This document shows positions 25,101-38,325 of a stretch of 64,000 nucleotides of DNA, in pieces (within the stretch, counting starts at the first letter, position 1; the number at the start of each line of letters is the position of its first letter). The position numbers were made by a program, and so were the translations under genes. The DNA comes from Octopus vulgaris (lineage: Eukaryota): NCBI GenBank assembly GCA_951406725.2, contig OX597832.1, forward strand, positions 52,204,001-52,268,000. The letters run 5' to 3'. The notes beneath the pieces are model-generated. The model did no database searches. It saw only the letters and a program-made list of their open reading frames with translations, and was not told the origin of the DNA.

Positions 25101-25807
25101 GAACTATCAGCATCAGTTAGTATCTTCACCATCCTATGTCCCTACCATCACACCAACTCTTCAAATACATTTCACTTCCATACTCAGTTTTTATTCACTT
25201 TATTGTCTTAATACTGCCAAATCAAAACAAAAACTTTTTAACCTTCCTATGACACAACAATCCATGCCTCCCAAACGTTCCAGTGCTTAAAGCATTGGAA
25301 CTCTGCTAGTTCTGTGTCAACTAATTTTCTCGATGTATGTACTTCATTTTGGAACAATCTGAAATAATTAAGCAGGCGACAAACCTGCTCTCCTTAGTTC
25401 TTACATCTCAAAGATAGTGAAGATGATTGTAGATGACCTCCTCTTTCAGCAGAGCTTGAATCACTCTCTCTCTCTCTCTCTCTCTTCTCTCCAGTTTCTG
25501 TAGAACTAGATCTACAAGAGGCTTGCTCTTCTTTATCAAACACTTTGATATCATGAAAACCTTCTATTGTATCTTTCATGAGAACTAGGAAGTTGCTCAC
25601 ATATGTTCTCTGTATAGCTACCAACACCTCAGATATAAGTTTTCTGATACACCATTGTATTGCACAATATACAAACTACTCTCTCTCTCTCTCTCTTTCT
25701 CACACACCTCACAATGTTAGCAATCCACTAAGTTCAATTATGACGCCAATACTTTTCCATGTGTATAGTAATGACTTACTTGCTCTTATAATTAAACACA
25801 TTCACAT

Positions 25808-26196
25808 GCAGGAGTGGCTGTGTGGTATGTAGCTTGCTTACCAAACACATGTTCCAGGTTCAGTCCCACTGCGTGGCACTTTGGGCAAGTGTCTTCTACT
25901 ATAGCCTCAGGCTGACCAAAGCCTTGTGAGTGGATTTGGTAGATGGAAACTGAAAGAAGCCCATCGTATATATGTATATATATATATATATGTATGTGTG
26001 TTTGTGTTTGTCTCCCCCAACATCGCTTGACAACTGAAGCTGGGGTGTTTGCGTCCCCGTCACTTAGCAGTTCGGCAAAAGAGACCGATAGAATAAGTGC
26101 TAGGCTTACAAAGAATAAGTCCTGGGATCGATTTGGTCGACTAAAGGTGGTGCTCCAGCATGGCTGCAGTCAAATGACTGAAACAAGTAAAAGAGT
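25808..26196 (+). mobile_element. SINE family A
   Basis: Matches 4995-5383. Confidence 0.9.
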
Positions 26197-26581
26197 ATGC
26201 AGATAATGCTACTCTTCACTCCTTAACATTCCATAGATCTAACCTGGATACCTCCTTGAGTCAGCAAAACATCACCTCCTTAAAACAGACCCCTCAAATG
26301 CATCCATTCATAGAGATGTGGTAACATAGTCACTTTCAATAGGACAAAAATGCAAGTAACACGCATATCAAGGAAACATGCAGAACATGTTCAAGGACCA
26401 AAAACTGACTACAAATGATACATTTATAGAAACCTGTATTTATTAAATTATATCTAAATAACTTACATATTGAACCAATTTATTTAACATATCATGTACA
26501 AATCCTTTAAGTAATTATACTATCACTAGCTGACCAAGTGCCATCAATAATGACGGCTAATTGTAGTATCTTATATATAAA

Positions 26582-26943
26582 CTAGCACTATGACCCAGCG
26601 TTGCTGGGTCATAGTGCTAGTGCAAGCATATACAGCTGTGTGCATGTGCACATACACGCGAGTACTGTCCAAATCTCCAACCAATCACATACAGCTAGCT
26701 GGCATTCAATTGGTGTATCAAGTTTCGGGCATTTTGATTGGGTTTTGGATAGAAAATTCACAAAAAAGTCACTTCTATTGATTTTTTAATGGCTTTGCAG
26801 GATGACTGGGGAAATGTAAAGATGTGCACAACCACCCTTGGACGGTTTTGAATGACCATAGAAAGTGCAAGCCCTCTAACTGAAAAATTGTGGATTTGTA
26901 TAAAGGACACACACGCAGACATTTTGCCATTTATATATATAGA
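26582..26943 (-). mobile_element. Helitron-type non-autonomous element
   Basis: Minus-strand 5' TCTATATATATAAATGGC; 3' end is a perfect 19-bp-arm hairpin actagcactatgacccagc-gtt-gctgggtcatagtgctagt ending in CTAG. A related fragment lies at 14534-14596. Confidence 0.7.
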
Positions 26944-27232
26944 AATAAGGTACAAAATAAGGTACATAATAATCACACATACATTCACATACTTACTTGT
27001 ACACACACACACACATACACATATATGCTCACACAGAGTGGAAACGCTGATATTTTTTCACCCCTTCCTTCCTTATTCATCTATCACCCCTTTCTTTCTC
27101 TCATTGCTATTACTTTCTCTCACTCCCTCTCAGTCGGGGCTATTACTCTCACTACTTCTCTGTCACTGAATTACTATTTTCTCTCCTCCTCTGCATCCAG
27201 CACGATTCTGGACATACATACATACATACATA

Positions 27233-27274
<42 letters not shown>

Positions 27275-27450
27275 TATACACACACACAAATATATAAAAA
27301 TACTACACTCATTATCATGAGCATTACAACAGCATTACAAATATAATTATACACAATAGTTACCAGATAAAAATTCTATTATATATTGTAAATTTACAAT
27401 TACAATCTCTGATGATTTGTCATGGAGACCACACACCCACACACACATGT

Positions 27451-27485
<35 letters not shown>

Positions 27486-27654
27486 TGTGCACATGCACAC
27501 ACAACATTGTCAAAACCACATTCTAAAGATAAGGAATTTCTGTTCAGAACCAGAATATAATTTAGTTGCAATTATTTTGCTAACTGTCAGCAAAGAACAA
27601 ATGTAACCCACTCTAGGGTATCGCTAACATATAAAGTACAATTAACATTGCTAA

Positions 27655-27687
<33 letters not shown>

Positions 27688-28377
27688 TTGTGGTTGCAGT
27701 TGAAATCTATTAATCTGGTAAAGTCTTACACAACAGCACACAGCAATTCTAAGCTCAGAGGGCCATTATTTCATATATATGATAAGAAGAGAACTATGCA
27801 TTTTCGAAAAGGATATAATCAGAATAAAAAACAAAAAAACATTGAACATAAAAGCAACAAAGATGCACAAGGTACTTTCATTTTAATGGTATTTGACTTT
27901 CATAGAAAAGTAATTCACAGACTAGTAGCAGTAAGAGTAGAGAGCAGAACCAACAGCACTATTGGTTCATGGAAGAAAATATGCATAAAATTTATGGCCT
28001 TGTTCTCCATTGGTTATGACAACGAGTGTTCCTGTTGATTCAATCAACTGCTTGGGAAATTAATGTGCAAGAGGCTGGGCACTCCACAGACACACGTACC
28101 CTTAATGTAGTTCTCAAGGAGATTCAGTGTGACTCAAAGTGTGACAAGGCTGGCCCTTTGAATTACAGGTACGACTCATTTTTTTTTGCCAGTTGAGTGG
28201 ACTGGAGCAACATGAAATAAAGTGTCTTGCTCGTGGGCACAATGCCCCACCAAGAATTGAACTCATGGTCTTACAATCATGAACTGAATACCCCTAACCA
28301 CTAAGCCACACACCTTCACATGAAATTTATGAAATCCCGGTTAGTCAGTATATTTTGATGAAGAAAACATTTAGATT

Positions 28378-28699
28378 ACTCTTTTACTTGTTTCAGTCAT
28401 CTTGACTGCGGCCATGCTGGAGCACCGCCCTTAGTCGAGGAAACTGACCCCAGGACTTATTCTTTGTAAGCCTAGTACTTATTCTAGTTACGGGGACATA
28501 AATACACCAGCATCGGTTGTCAAGCAATGGTGATATGCATATACATATATACGATGGGTTCTACCAAATCCACTCACAAGGCTTTAGTCGGCCCGAGGCT
28601 ACAGTAGAAGACACTTGCCCAAGGTGCTACACAGTGGGACTGAACCCAGAACCCTGTGGTTGGTAAGCAAGCTACTTACCACACAGCCACTCCTGTGCC
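28378..28699 (-). mobile_element. SINE family A with internal deletions
   Basis: Reverse complement of the family A consensus. Confidence 0.85.
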
Positions 28700-29496
28700 T
28701 CTGATTAGAAATATATGTGATATAGTTTGCAAGGAAAGGAAGAGCATGATGATATAACATGTGACCAATAGGAGAACCAAAGGTATAGGGTGTGGCAGAA
28801 ATCTGAAGCATAATAAAATAGCATCACAAATGATATTTATTTGGATTATAAAAAGGCAAAAGCAGAAAACTATAAATTCATTTATCCTCAAAGTTCTGCA
28901 TTCTGCACATAAACAAATAGAAACTCCATTAAAACAAAAGCAAATTATTGAAGCCAAATCCTTCTCTCTGATACAAAATATGATATACAGATCCTTTGAT
29001 TGTTCTTAATTTTCAGTGAGAATATCTCATCAACGTCATAATAAAACTAAATATTTCCTTAAAATACTTCAACTGTGACAGTCCATAACAAACGAGTAGG
29101 CACAACATTGCTTCAGTTCGGTGAGCAGATGAAAACAATATGATAAGAAGAGAACTATGCGTTTTTCGAAAGGATATAATCAGAATAAAAAAATAAAAAA
29201 ATAAGATAATAATGAAAAAAAAAAAGATCTGAAGATTAAACAACCCCAGTTCTCAGGAAATCATTGTGTGTATATGAGTGTGTAAATATATGCAAATATA
29301 TATACTAGGAGAGGAAATCTGTGTTATATCTGTTTGTGCGTGTATGCTGCTGCTATATGCATTTATACACACACATGTGTGTATGTATGTATGTATGCAT
29401 GCATGTATGAATGTATGTATGTATGTGTGTGTGTATATATATATATACATATGTATATATGATGATAATGACGATATACATATATATATATATATA

Positions 29497-29674
29497 TAGT
29501 CAGTCACCCTGATGGATCGTTGGTTCTTTCCTTGTTTTTTTCTGTGTCCCTTTCTGTAGAAGAGCATAGGCTCGAAACATAAAAGACTTTTTCTATTCCT
29601 GAGCGTTATACTAATACATCTGTTTGTTTTGTACACTACCTGTCTTCGTCTTTTGTTTTTTTCGTAAACTCTCC

Positions 29675-29676
<2 letters not shown>
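29497..29676 (+). mobile_element. Short (TA)n-inserted element with hammerhead-like motif (29550-29585), Penelope-like
   Basis: CTTT-CTGTAGA-A-GAGC-ATAG-GCTC-GAAA-CA-TA-AAAG; reverse complement of 36619-36812. Confidence 0.7.
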
Positions 29677-29724
<48 letters not shown>

Positions 29725-30340
29725 TATATATATATATGAGGATAGTATAACAAGAGGATGGAGGATAACAGGTTTTTAATAGTAGGTGATATTTGTTTCT
29801 ATACCACATTCTAGCTTTAAGTTGCTGAGTTTATATTCAAAAACCATTATAAAACATTCTTTATAATTATTATACAGTTGAGTGCTGCTCAGCAACAGCC
29901 ATATACAGGCACTTTATCAAGCTGGATGAATCTTATGTAAAGAGGAGTTCCATATGAGTATCTTGCCCAGGAATAAACTCCAGTGTAGGATATCATGTTC
30001 TTGTCAAATAATGACATATGGCCTCTTATATGCATGTTATGAGGTTTTCACCCGAAGTATACTATATGTGTATATATATATATAAATATATATATATAAA
30101 TAATTATAAATTAGGGTATCTATGAGTTACCACCATGCTGCATTCTAAAACCACCTTAATTAAGGTGGTTTTAGAGTCAGATCATGGCTGTTATTTTCAG
30201 CATGGTGATATCTCGTAGATACCCTGATTTATAATTTTAATAATTATTACCTTTGAAGGTTATTTTTTCCATGCTGACCACGTGATAAAATCGTTATTTT
30301 ATTTTAAATTAACGATCTTATGCTCATTTATATATATATA

Positions 30341-30790
30341 CTAGCAGTATAGCCCGGCGTTGCCCGGGTATGTAAGAGCCCCTTGTAGGCAACGACTAAT
30401 CCCAATCTAGTCCTTTCCCTCTAGGGAACGAAGGCGCATGTGTAGGTTGCAATGTCTTCTCTTCACTCGAATACTTCTGTGTATACGATGTTCCTAGCTG
30501 TCCCTTTGGGCGAAAACATGAAAACATCATTGCGCCTCCCAACGCGTGAACAGCCCACGTACAGCCCAGAAAATGTGTTGCATATAAAAAGCTTAGATTC
30601 TCGACCCCATGTCGAATTTATCGATTTTTTCAGAACTGGGGGAACTTTTCAAAATTTTCGCTGCGTTAGTTTTGAATTATGACATCGGGCTATGTGTGTG
30701 TCAAGTTTCATCAGAATCGGTTGAAAGCCGTGGTCAGGGTGAGGGTACAACCTGACAGACACACAGACAGACAAACTGCCGTTTATATAA

Positions 30791-30793
<3 letters not shown>
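30341..30793 (-). mobile_element. Non-autonomous Helitron
   Basis: Minus-strand 5' TCTTTATATAA; 3' hairpin CCCGGGCAACGCCGGG...CTAG. Same termini as 2603-3002 but a different interior. Confidence 0.85.
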
Positions 30794-30835
<42 letters not shown>

Positions 30836-31625
30836 TACACACACACACACATATATTTACTTGAAAATCTTGGAAATGGATATGTATCTATATATATATA
30901 TATACAAAGAAATGATTGAAGAAAAAAATCCACCGAGTGAATTATATATATATAAAAGAAAGGAAAATACACAGAAATTTTGTTGGAATATATCTGTATC
31001 TATACATATATATATAAGAAATAAAATACTTACATAGTTAACCGCTTTTGCTTATGCTAATCATGACTATGTAGTTATAATGTTATGATTTCATGCTATC
31101 ATAACAAGTTTTCATTCCACAGCATGAAATTATAACATTATCACTAACTACTTAGTCATGATTAGCATAAGCAAAACCAGTTGACTACATAAATATTTTA
31201 TTTCAGAAATATATACGTACATACATACATATGTACACACACACACACACACACACACATGTCAGTGAACTGATGTATAAATATCATAAAACATCCACAG
31301 TAAGTTTAATAATTAACACATTATTAACCTCCAAAATATCATTACAAATCAGTAAATCCCAGTAGAATAAGCTTGATGTACATATGGAATTGACAAAAAT
31401 GATCACTGAGAACAGCGTATTTAAGAAAAAAGCACCAATGCATATATTTCACATACATGTCATAATTTAGTTGTGCTACACACACACACACACGTGTGTG
31501 TGCGTATATATGTATATATATATATATATATATAAAATTAAATAAAGATAGAAATTGATATTAATCAATTAAAACCAGTGGCCTAGCATATTTTTTTAAA
31601 ATCCGAAGATTAAAAATTTTATACT

Positions 31626-31842
31626 TACAAAATTTAGAGGAATGACCACTAATAGTGGACAGCCTGTATGCTAGAAATAGACGTCAAACTCGCCATTTTC
31701 ATTTGTCTTGCTTATTTTTAAACTTTGGTTTTTTGCTGAATTTTCTCTTGAGAACACATTCTTTATGGCAAATGGCGAGTTTGACGTCTATTTCTAGCAT
31801 ACAGGCTGTCCACTATTAGTGGTCATTCCTCTAAATTTTGTA
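31626..31842. repeat. Near-perfect inverted repeat (~73 bp arms, ~70 bp loop)
   Basis: 31626-31699 vs 31770-31842, with one 1-nt indel. Confidence 0.95.
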
Positions 31843-32384
31843 TATATATATATTATATGTCATTATTCTCATCATCATCATTCAACATCCACTTTTCCAT
31901 GCTTGCATGGATCAGACAAATTGTTGAGACAGATTTTCTATGACCAGATGCCTTACCTGTTTTCCAGTAAGGTAATATCCTCCATGACCAGACATGGTTT
32001 CATGGAGGATCACAACTGGCTTCTTTCGATTTTTGTCTCTCACTCTCCCATGCACTGCATCTACTTCTCCCCTCACTCTCATGCAACCTACACACACACA
32101 CACACACCAACATCATCTCATTTTCATCCTTGTCTACTTTATTATTGTTACTATTCTACTACTGTTCACTTCTTTCTGTACTGTCAGTCATCACCTACTC
32201 TCCCCAACTTTTCACCCTATCTCATATGTATCAACAGTCCACCATTCATTACATCCACTCCTCAACCCAACCCAATCTCCACAATCTTCACTTACACTCT
32301 CCTACCTTCACATATACATTATCAACCACTCATCTATCCTTGTTTTTCATTCCATACATACACCCCACACACCTTTCTCCATTT

Positions 32385-32723
32385 CTTATTTCTTTACTGC
32401 TGATAAAGGGCTACACACAGAGGGGACAAACAAGGACAAAGTCGACCTCGGCAGAATTTGAACTCAGAACGTAACAGCAGACGAAATACCTATTTCTTTA
32501 CTACCCATAAGGGGCTAAACACAGAGGGGACAAACAAGGACAGACAAACGGATTAAGTCGATTACATCAACCCCAGTGCGTAACTGGTACTTAATTTATC
32601 GACCCCGAAAGGATGAAAGGCAAAGTCGACCTCGGTGGAATTTGAACTCAGAACGTAAAGACAGACGAAATACCGCTAAGCATTTCACCTGGCGTACTAA
32701 CATTTCTGCCAGCTCGCCACCTT
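32385..32723 (-). mobile_element. SINE family B partial dimer
   Basis: Same structure as 3500-3953. Confidence 0.85.
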
Positions 32724-34572
32724 TCTCCATTCCTTTCACCTATCTCCATCTCTTACCAACCCTCTCTTACTCACCCCATATACTCTTGCAAACTCTACCC
32801 ACCCTCACACTCAGTTTTTCTGTTCCCACTCCCTTTTGTTCACCCTCTTGTATCATCAGGATCCACCTTGATACCACATCTCTGCTATTTTATCTCTTTT
32901 TCAAGTTCCACTCAAACTACTTTAGTAATGTAAGTAACCATGTAGCTCCTCTACAGCAGGAAACCTGTTCTATTCTCTCATCATTTAGCCTTGCATCTCC
33001 AAGCATAAAGCCACCTTCTTCTCTTCTGTAGTCCCACTCAGTCAAAGTGGTTTTTGACTCATGAGCTGCATATTGTGCTGGTGTCATAGAAAAAGCACCA
33101 AACGCATGGTGTAAAGCAGTTGGCATTAGTAATGGCATCCGGTCATACAAACCATGTCAAAGCAGATAATGACGCATGATACAGTCAAACCTGTCAAACT
33201 ATCCAACCCAAGCCAGCATGGAAGATAAACATTAAAAGATGATGATGATTATGCAGCTACATAATTGTAATCACAGAAAACACAATGTTCAAATTTCCTA
33301 AATTATATTTTCTTTCTAATAAATGTTATTTTCTTGCAATGCTTTAAAGTTTGTAGCATTCTTTTATCTCTCCTGTATATTGCTTGCTGTTTCCTTGAAC
33401 AATATGATCGATAAGCAATTATTTCCATTTTAATCTGTATCTAAAGATGCAAAAAATCATATTATGGTTATTCAATGTTCTTGAAGAAAGATGAAAACAC
33501 TGGTTCTAATTGAAGTGAGTTTTGTATTTCTGATCCATGAAGAATGATATATTTTTCAATTAAAGAAGTCGTACATTAAATATATAACATTTTCAAGTTA
33601 CATTCATAATAAACTATTGAAATGATTTAAAAAATAACTGAAATCTATTACAAATTTTACCTTGAAATTAATAGATTTTGAAACAAAAATAAATTACATA
33701 AACAAAAGTGCTGCCTAAGACTGACATATGTAAGTCAGAGAGAGAGAGAGACAGTGATCTAAGGCTGAGATGTCAGCAATTGAAGAATTAGAGATTGGTG
33801 TATTTCAAAAGAATATACAAGGATTTTGCAATTTGGAAATAGTACCGAATGAAATGAAGAATATGGGTAATGTTTTATAAAGGAGAATAAACACATATGA
33901 ATATTATTGCAGTAAGCAGTTTGTGAAAATGTGAATCTATCAAAAACAGTAGGAAAGGAAATGAATGGATTAATGTATAATGAATGAACAGCCACAAGTT
34001 GATGTTTTATAGCAGGTAAAGCTTTATTCATTAATCAATCTTCTGGTAAAAATGAGTAATGATGCTTGTAGTTAAATGAACACCATCTTAAAAATAAGAT
34101 CTGTGCTTTATCAGAGTAATAATAAGGCTGAATTAATTACAATGGTGCTGACATCTTGTTGGTACCTCTAGATGGTGGTATTTCAGAATTGTCAGATGCT
34201 TATTTCTATTTATGAATGTTATATGAGCTAGAGTTATAGGTCTGAGAATTCTAGTCCATCCTCAGACTCAGTCAATGTCATCCTAAGATATTTCTCTGCC
34301 ACAGGTGAAAAGCATCATTAAAGAGAGTCCCTAGTTATGTAGAGATGAAATACGTCTTTACTACAGGTAAAAGAAGACACAAAAATATGCAAGATATAAA
34401 CAAAGGCAAAAATAAAGGTAAAATGGAATATATGATGAATCTTAATACAAACACCTTATTAAAAAAAAATTTTTACTTTTTCTATAAAAATTCCCATGAA
34501 GCATAATTCTTCATGTAGAGATAGTACTAGAAAATCTCAGAGTGAAATATGAAACATAAAATACACTATTAC

Positions 34573-34636
34573 CTGAAGGTGTATTCTTGGGAGTATACAT
34601 CCAAGTTGGGTTAGCACAAGGAATTCCCCAGAACAT
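34573..34636 (-). CDS. Rab27: Predicted Rab27 start-codon exon, coding part (MFWGIPCANPTWMYTPKNTPS); whole exon 34573-34661
   Basis: Branch point CTAAC, polypyrimidine tract and TAG acceptor at 34662; ATG with A at -3; CAG|GTAATA donor. Ends in phase 1, which the 11155 exon requires. No homology support. Confidence 0.6.
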
Positions 34637-35910
34637 AATTGAGTCAAGGAAAAGATGAAATCTAAAATAAGAAAGGCTGTTAGTGATAGAGCAAAGAAGG
34701 AGGGTTAGAAAGCTTTAGTTTGGAGTAAAAAAAACACACACTCAACTGGTCATTTACTAATATTATGATGATATGATAAAAACTAATTCCATTTGAACTA
34801 CCAAAGTAACAAGTGTAAAATTTCCATCGTTGACAGATTAATACATATTCATGAGAGATATTAGCAAGCCGGAGTTAGATGCTTCTCAGAGAAAAATTAG
34901 GAATCCGAATACAGGTGGGGATGGTTGTGATACTCAAAAATATAAATTCCTTAAAATGCCATTATGAAATAATTGTATTTAACCAAAAAGAAAAAATGAA
35001 AAAAAATTCATATAACATTGTTTGATAAATAAAAGCAAACAGTCAAAATTTAAATGTATACCATATTGTGATAGAAAGAAGAATAAAAATGTTGTTCACC
35101 CTTTCAAAACATGAAGAAATATATATATAAACTTACTACTATTCCTCAGTATCATTCATTCATTCATTCATTCATTCATTCATTCATTCATTCATTCATC
35201 CATCCATACATACATACATTCATACATACATACGTATCACCTGCGACGGACTGGCGTCCCGTCCAGGTGAGAAACCTATACGCCAAGGAAACTGGGAAAC
35301 CAGCCCTTATGAGCCAGGCATGGCTCAAGAAGGAACATACATACATACATACATCATTTGGCATTTGTCATCCACGCTAGAATGGATTGGACAGTACAGG
35401 AGGACCCAACAAGCTAGAGAACTGCATTGAGCTCCAACATCTGTTTCGGCATGATTTCTGTGATTGAATGCCCTCCTTTAAAGCCAGTCACCTTACAGAG
35501 TGTACTACGTACTGTTTTTGTGGCCCCATCACCAGTGACATCACCAAGTAATTTGCATAACAAAAGAGAAAAGCCTCCTTAACTGAATGAAGACTAAGTA
35601 GAAAACAAGGGTAGCTTTATGCTAGATATTGAGAGGCTAAAGTATGATAGAGGGACAAAAATAGGTGTCTTGCTGTAGAGGAGTTTTTGTTAAGCATTGT
35701 ATACATTCAGAGCCCATGTCTCACAACCTAGAAGCATTACTGTTTATCCACAACCATCATACAATCTGCCTTTCACTCGGGAACCACTTATTACCAACAA
35801 AGTGAAAAATCTCTCTGAACTTACTCCAGTCTTGTTCTTATTCTAGCAATTAAGCTTTTAGAACAACCTTTTCCACTGTTAGGCTATTTTGGCAACAGAA
35901 TCTGTCTGTG

Positions 35911-36160
35911 ATCTTTTGGTACAAGTACCATAACTGCCAATTACTGTTTGTTTACATTTGAAGAAGAAGATCGTCATTTTCCATAAAGCTTTTTTTTTTA
36001 TATATGTGGGGTTAGGGTTAGGGTTTGGGTTAGGGTTAGGGTTAGTGATAGGGTTAGGGTTTGGGTTAGGGGTGGGTTGAAGGGTTTCTTTTTTCTTCAG
36101 AAATGTAAATAAACCCACGTGGATTTATAACTGGCAGTTATGGTACTTGTACCGAAAGAT
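35911..36160. mobile_element. MITE-like element with 29-bp inverted repeats and an internal (TTAGGG)n tract
   Basis: atcttttggtacaagtaccataactgcca / tggcagttatggtacttgtaccgaaagat (1 mismatch); telomere-like repeats at ~36009-36071. Confidence 0.75.
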
Positions 36161-36396
36161 TGCCGAATCTGTATACTAACTCTAGGGATCCTCCTGAATA
36201 TTCAAGGAACTCTGTTCCCCATATGCACAAAGTGTTTATTCCCTGCTGTCATTTATAAAGTCTATTTCCTTTCTTAACATTCTTGCAATTCTACAGCACC
36301 TTATGCCCGTAATTTGCACTGAGTGCGTTATATGGAATTTCTACCTTTGGGTTTTCAGCATATTGAACAGGGCAATTTTCTAGAAGGAGACTCTAA

Positions 36397-36586
36397 CTCT
36401 CTTTTACTTGTTTAAATCATTTGACTGCAGCCATGCTGGAGCACCACCTTCAGTCGAGCAAATTGACCCCAGGACTTATTCTTTGTAAGCCTAGTACTTA
36501 TTCTATCGGTCTCTTTTGCTGAACTGCTAAGTTACGGGGACATAAACACGCCAGCATCAGTTGTCAAGCCATGTTGGGGGAAGCAA

Positions 36587-36619
<33 letters not shown>

Positions 36620-36811
36620 GGGAGAGTTTACGAATAAAACAAAAGACGAAGACAGGTGGTGTACAAAACAAACAGATGTATTAGTATAACGCTCAGGAAT
36701 AGAAAAAATCTTTTACGTTTCGAGCCTACGCTCTTCTACAGAAAGGGACACAGAAAAAATAAGGAGAGAAAAAAATGTGCGTACTGGCTAACGATCAATC
36801 ATGGCGACTGG

Positions 36812-36845
<34 letters not shown>

Positions 36846-37020
36846 GTACATATATACGATGGGCTTCTTTCAGTTTCCGTCTACCAAATCCACTCAGAAG
36901 GCTTTGGTCAGCCCGAGGCTATAGTAGAAGACACTTGCCCGAGGTGCCACACAGTGAGACTGAAACCGGAACCATGTGGTTGGTAAGCAAGCTACTTACC
37001 ACACAGCCAATCCTGTGCCT
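36397..37020 (-). mobile_element. SINE family A interrupted by a hammerhead-like element (36619-36812)
   Basis: The SINE halves flank an insert placed in the SINE's internal (TA)n. Confidence 0.85.
36710..36745 (-). ncRNA. Minimal type I hammerhead-like motif with variant core
   Basis: CUUU CUGUAGA A GAGC-GUAG-GCUC GAAA CG UA AAAG: stem I CUUU/AAAG, stem II GAGC/GCUC, GUA cleavage triplet; A6 replaced by U. Confidence 0.5.
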
Positions 37021-37759
37021 ATGTCAAGCAGTTTCTTTGCACAAAGGAAGAGTTATTCTACAAACAGGTGTAATTTGAATGACATATGTCAATTAATAAA
37101 AAAAGGTACACCCACTTTTACATAACTTTTAAGACAACTCTTGTGTGCACGTGCACGCATGTGTGTGTGTGTGTGTGTGTGGGTGGGTGCCTATTATGCA
37201 TAACTGCACAAACAGGTCTATATAAGAAATGACATCTTTAGTCAAGGAATGGACCACATTCTGAACCGAATCTCAATCAAATTAAAACGTATACAATGCT
37301 TACAAAAAAAAATGAGTCAACCAGAATTACAAGAGATCAGAGCAACGAATTAAAGAAAAAAAAAAATCATTCCAATGCAAAAAAAAGCCCAAAAAATATA
37401 TTCAGTTCTTATATTATTTTCAGGCAACCAAAACCAAACCAGGTCAGCAACTACTGGTGGAAACAAGCTCAGCTGTTGAAACATTGCTTCCCCCCCACAC
37501 ACACAGTAATTTCTGCTACATCAATGACCAATTCCATTGTCACCTTCGCTGCTGATGTTGACATTTTATGAACAACATCCACTCATTCCACCACTACTGT
37601 GACTACTGCCACCATTAATACAACCATCACCACCACCACCACCACCACCACCACTACTACTACTACTACTGAACTATACCATTCTGACTGCCACAATGTT
37701 GTCTTCTTGGATAAGATCTACAAGGATATTATTATAGTTGAAAAAGGAGAGATTTCTCT

Positions 37760-38163
37760 CTCTTACTTGTTTAAGTCATTTGACTGTAGCCATGCTGGAG
37801 CACTGCCTTTAGTCGAGCAAATCGACCCCAGGACTTATTCTTTGTATAGGCCTAGTACTTATTCTATAGATCTCTTTTTGCCGAATCGCTAAGTTATGGC
37901 GACGTAAACACACCAGCATTTGGTTGTCAAGCGATGTTTGGGGGGGACAAACACAGACACACAAACATATACACACACATACATATATACATATATGTAC
38001 ACATATACAACAGGCTTCTTTCAGTTTCCATCTACGAAATCCACTCACAAGGCTTTGGTCGGCCTGAAACTATAGTAGAAGACATTTGCCCAAGGTGCCA
38101 CACAGTGGGACTGAACCTGGAACCTTGAGGTTTGTAAGCAAGCTACTTACCACACAGCCACTC
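37760..38163 (-). mobile_element. SINE family A
   Basis: Reverse complement of the consensus. Confidence 0.88.
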
Positions 38164-38237
38164 TTAAATATTTTCAAATCCCTGCCCTCCACTCACTGAA
38201 ACTTGTATCAATCAGTGAAAGATCAGCAATACTAGAA

Positions 38238-38325
<88 letters not shown>

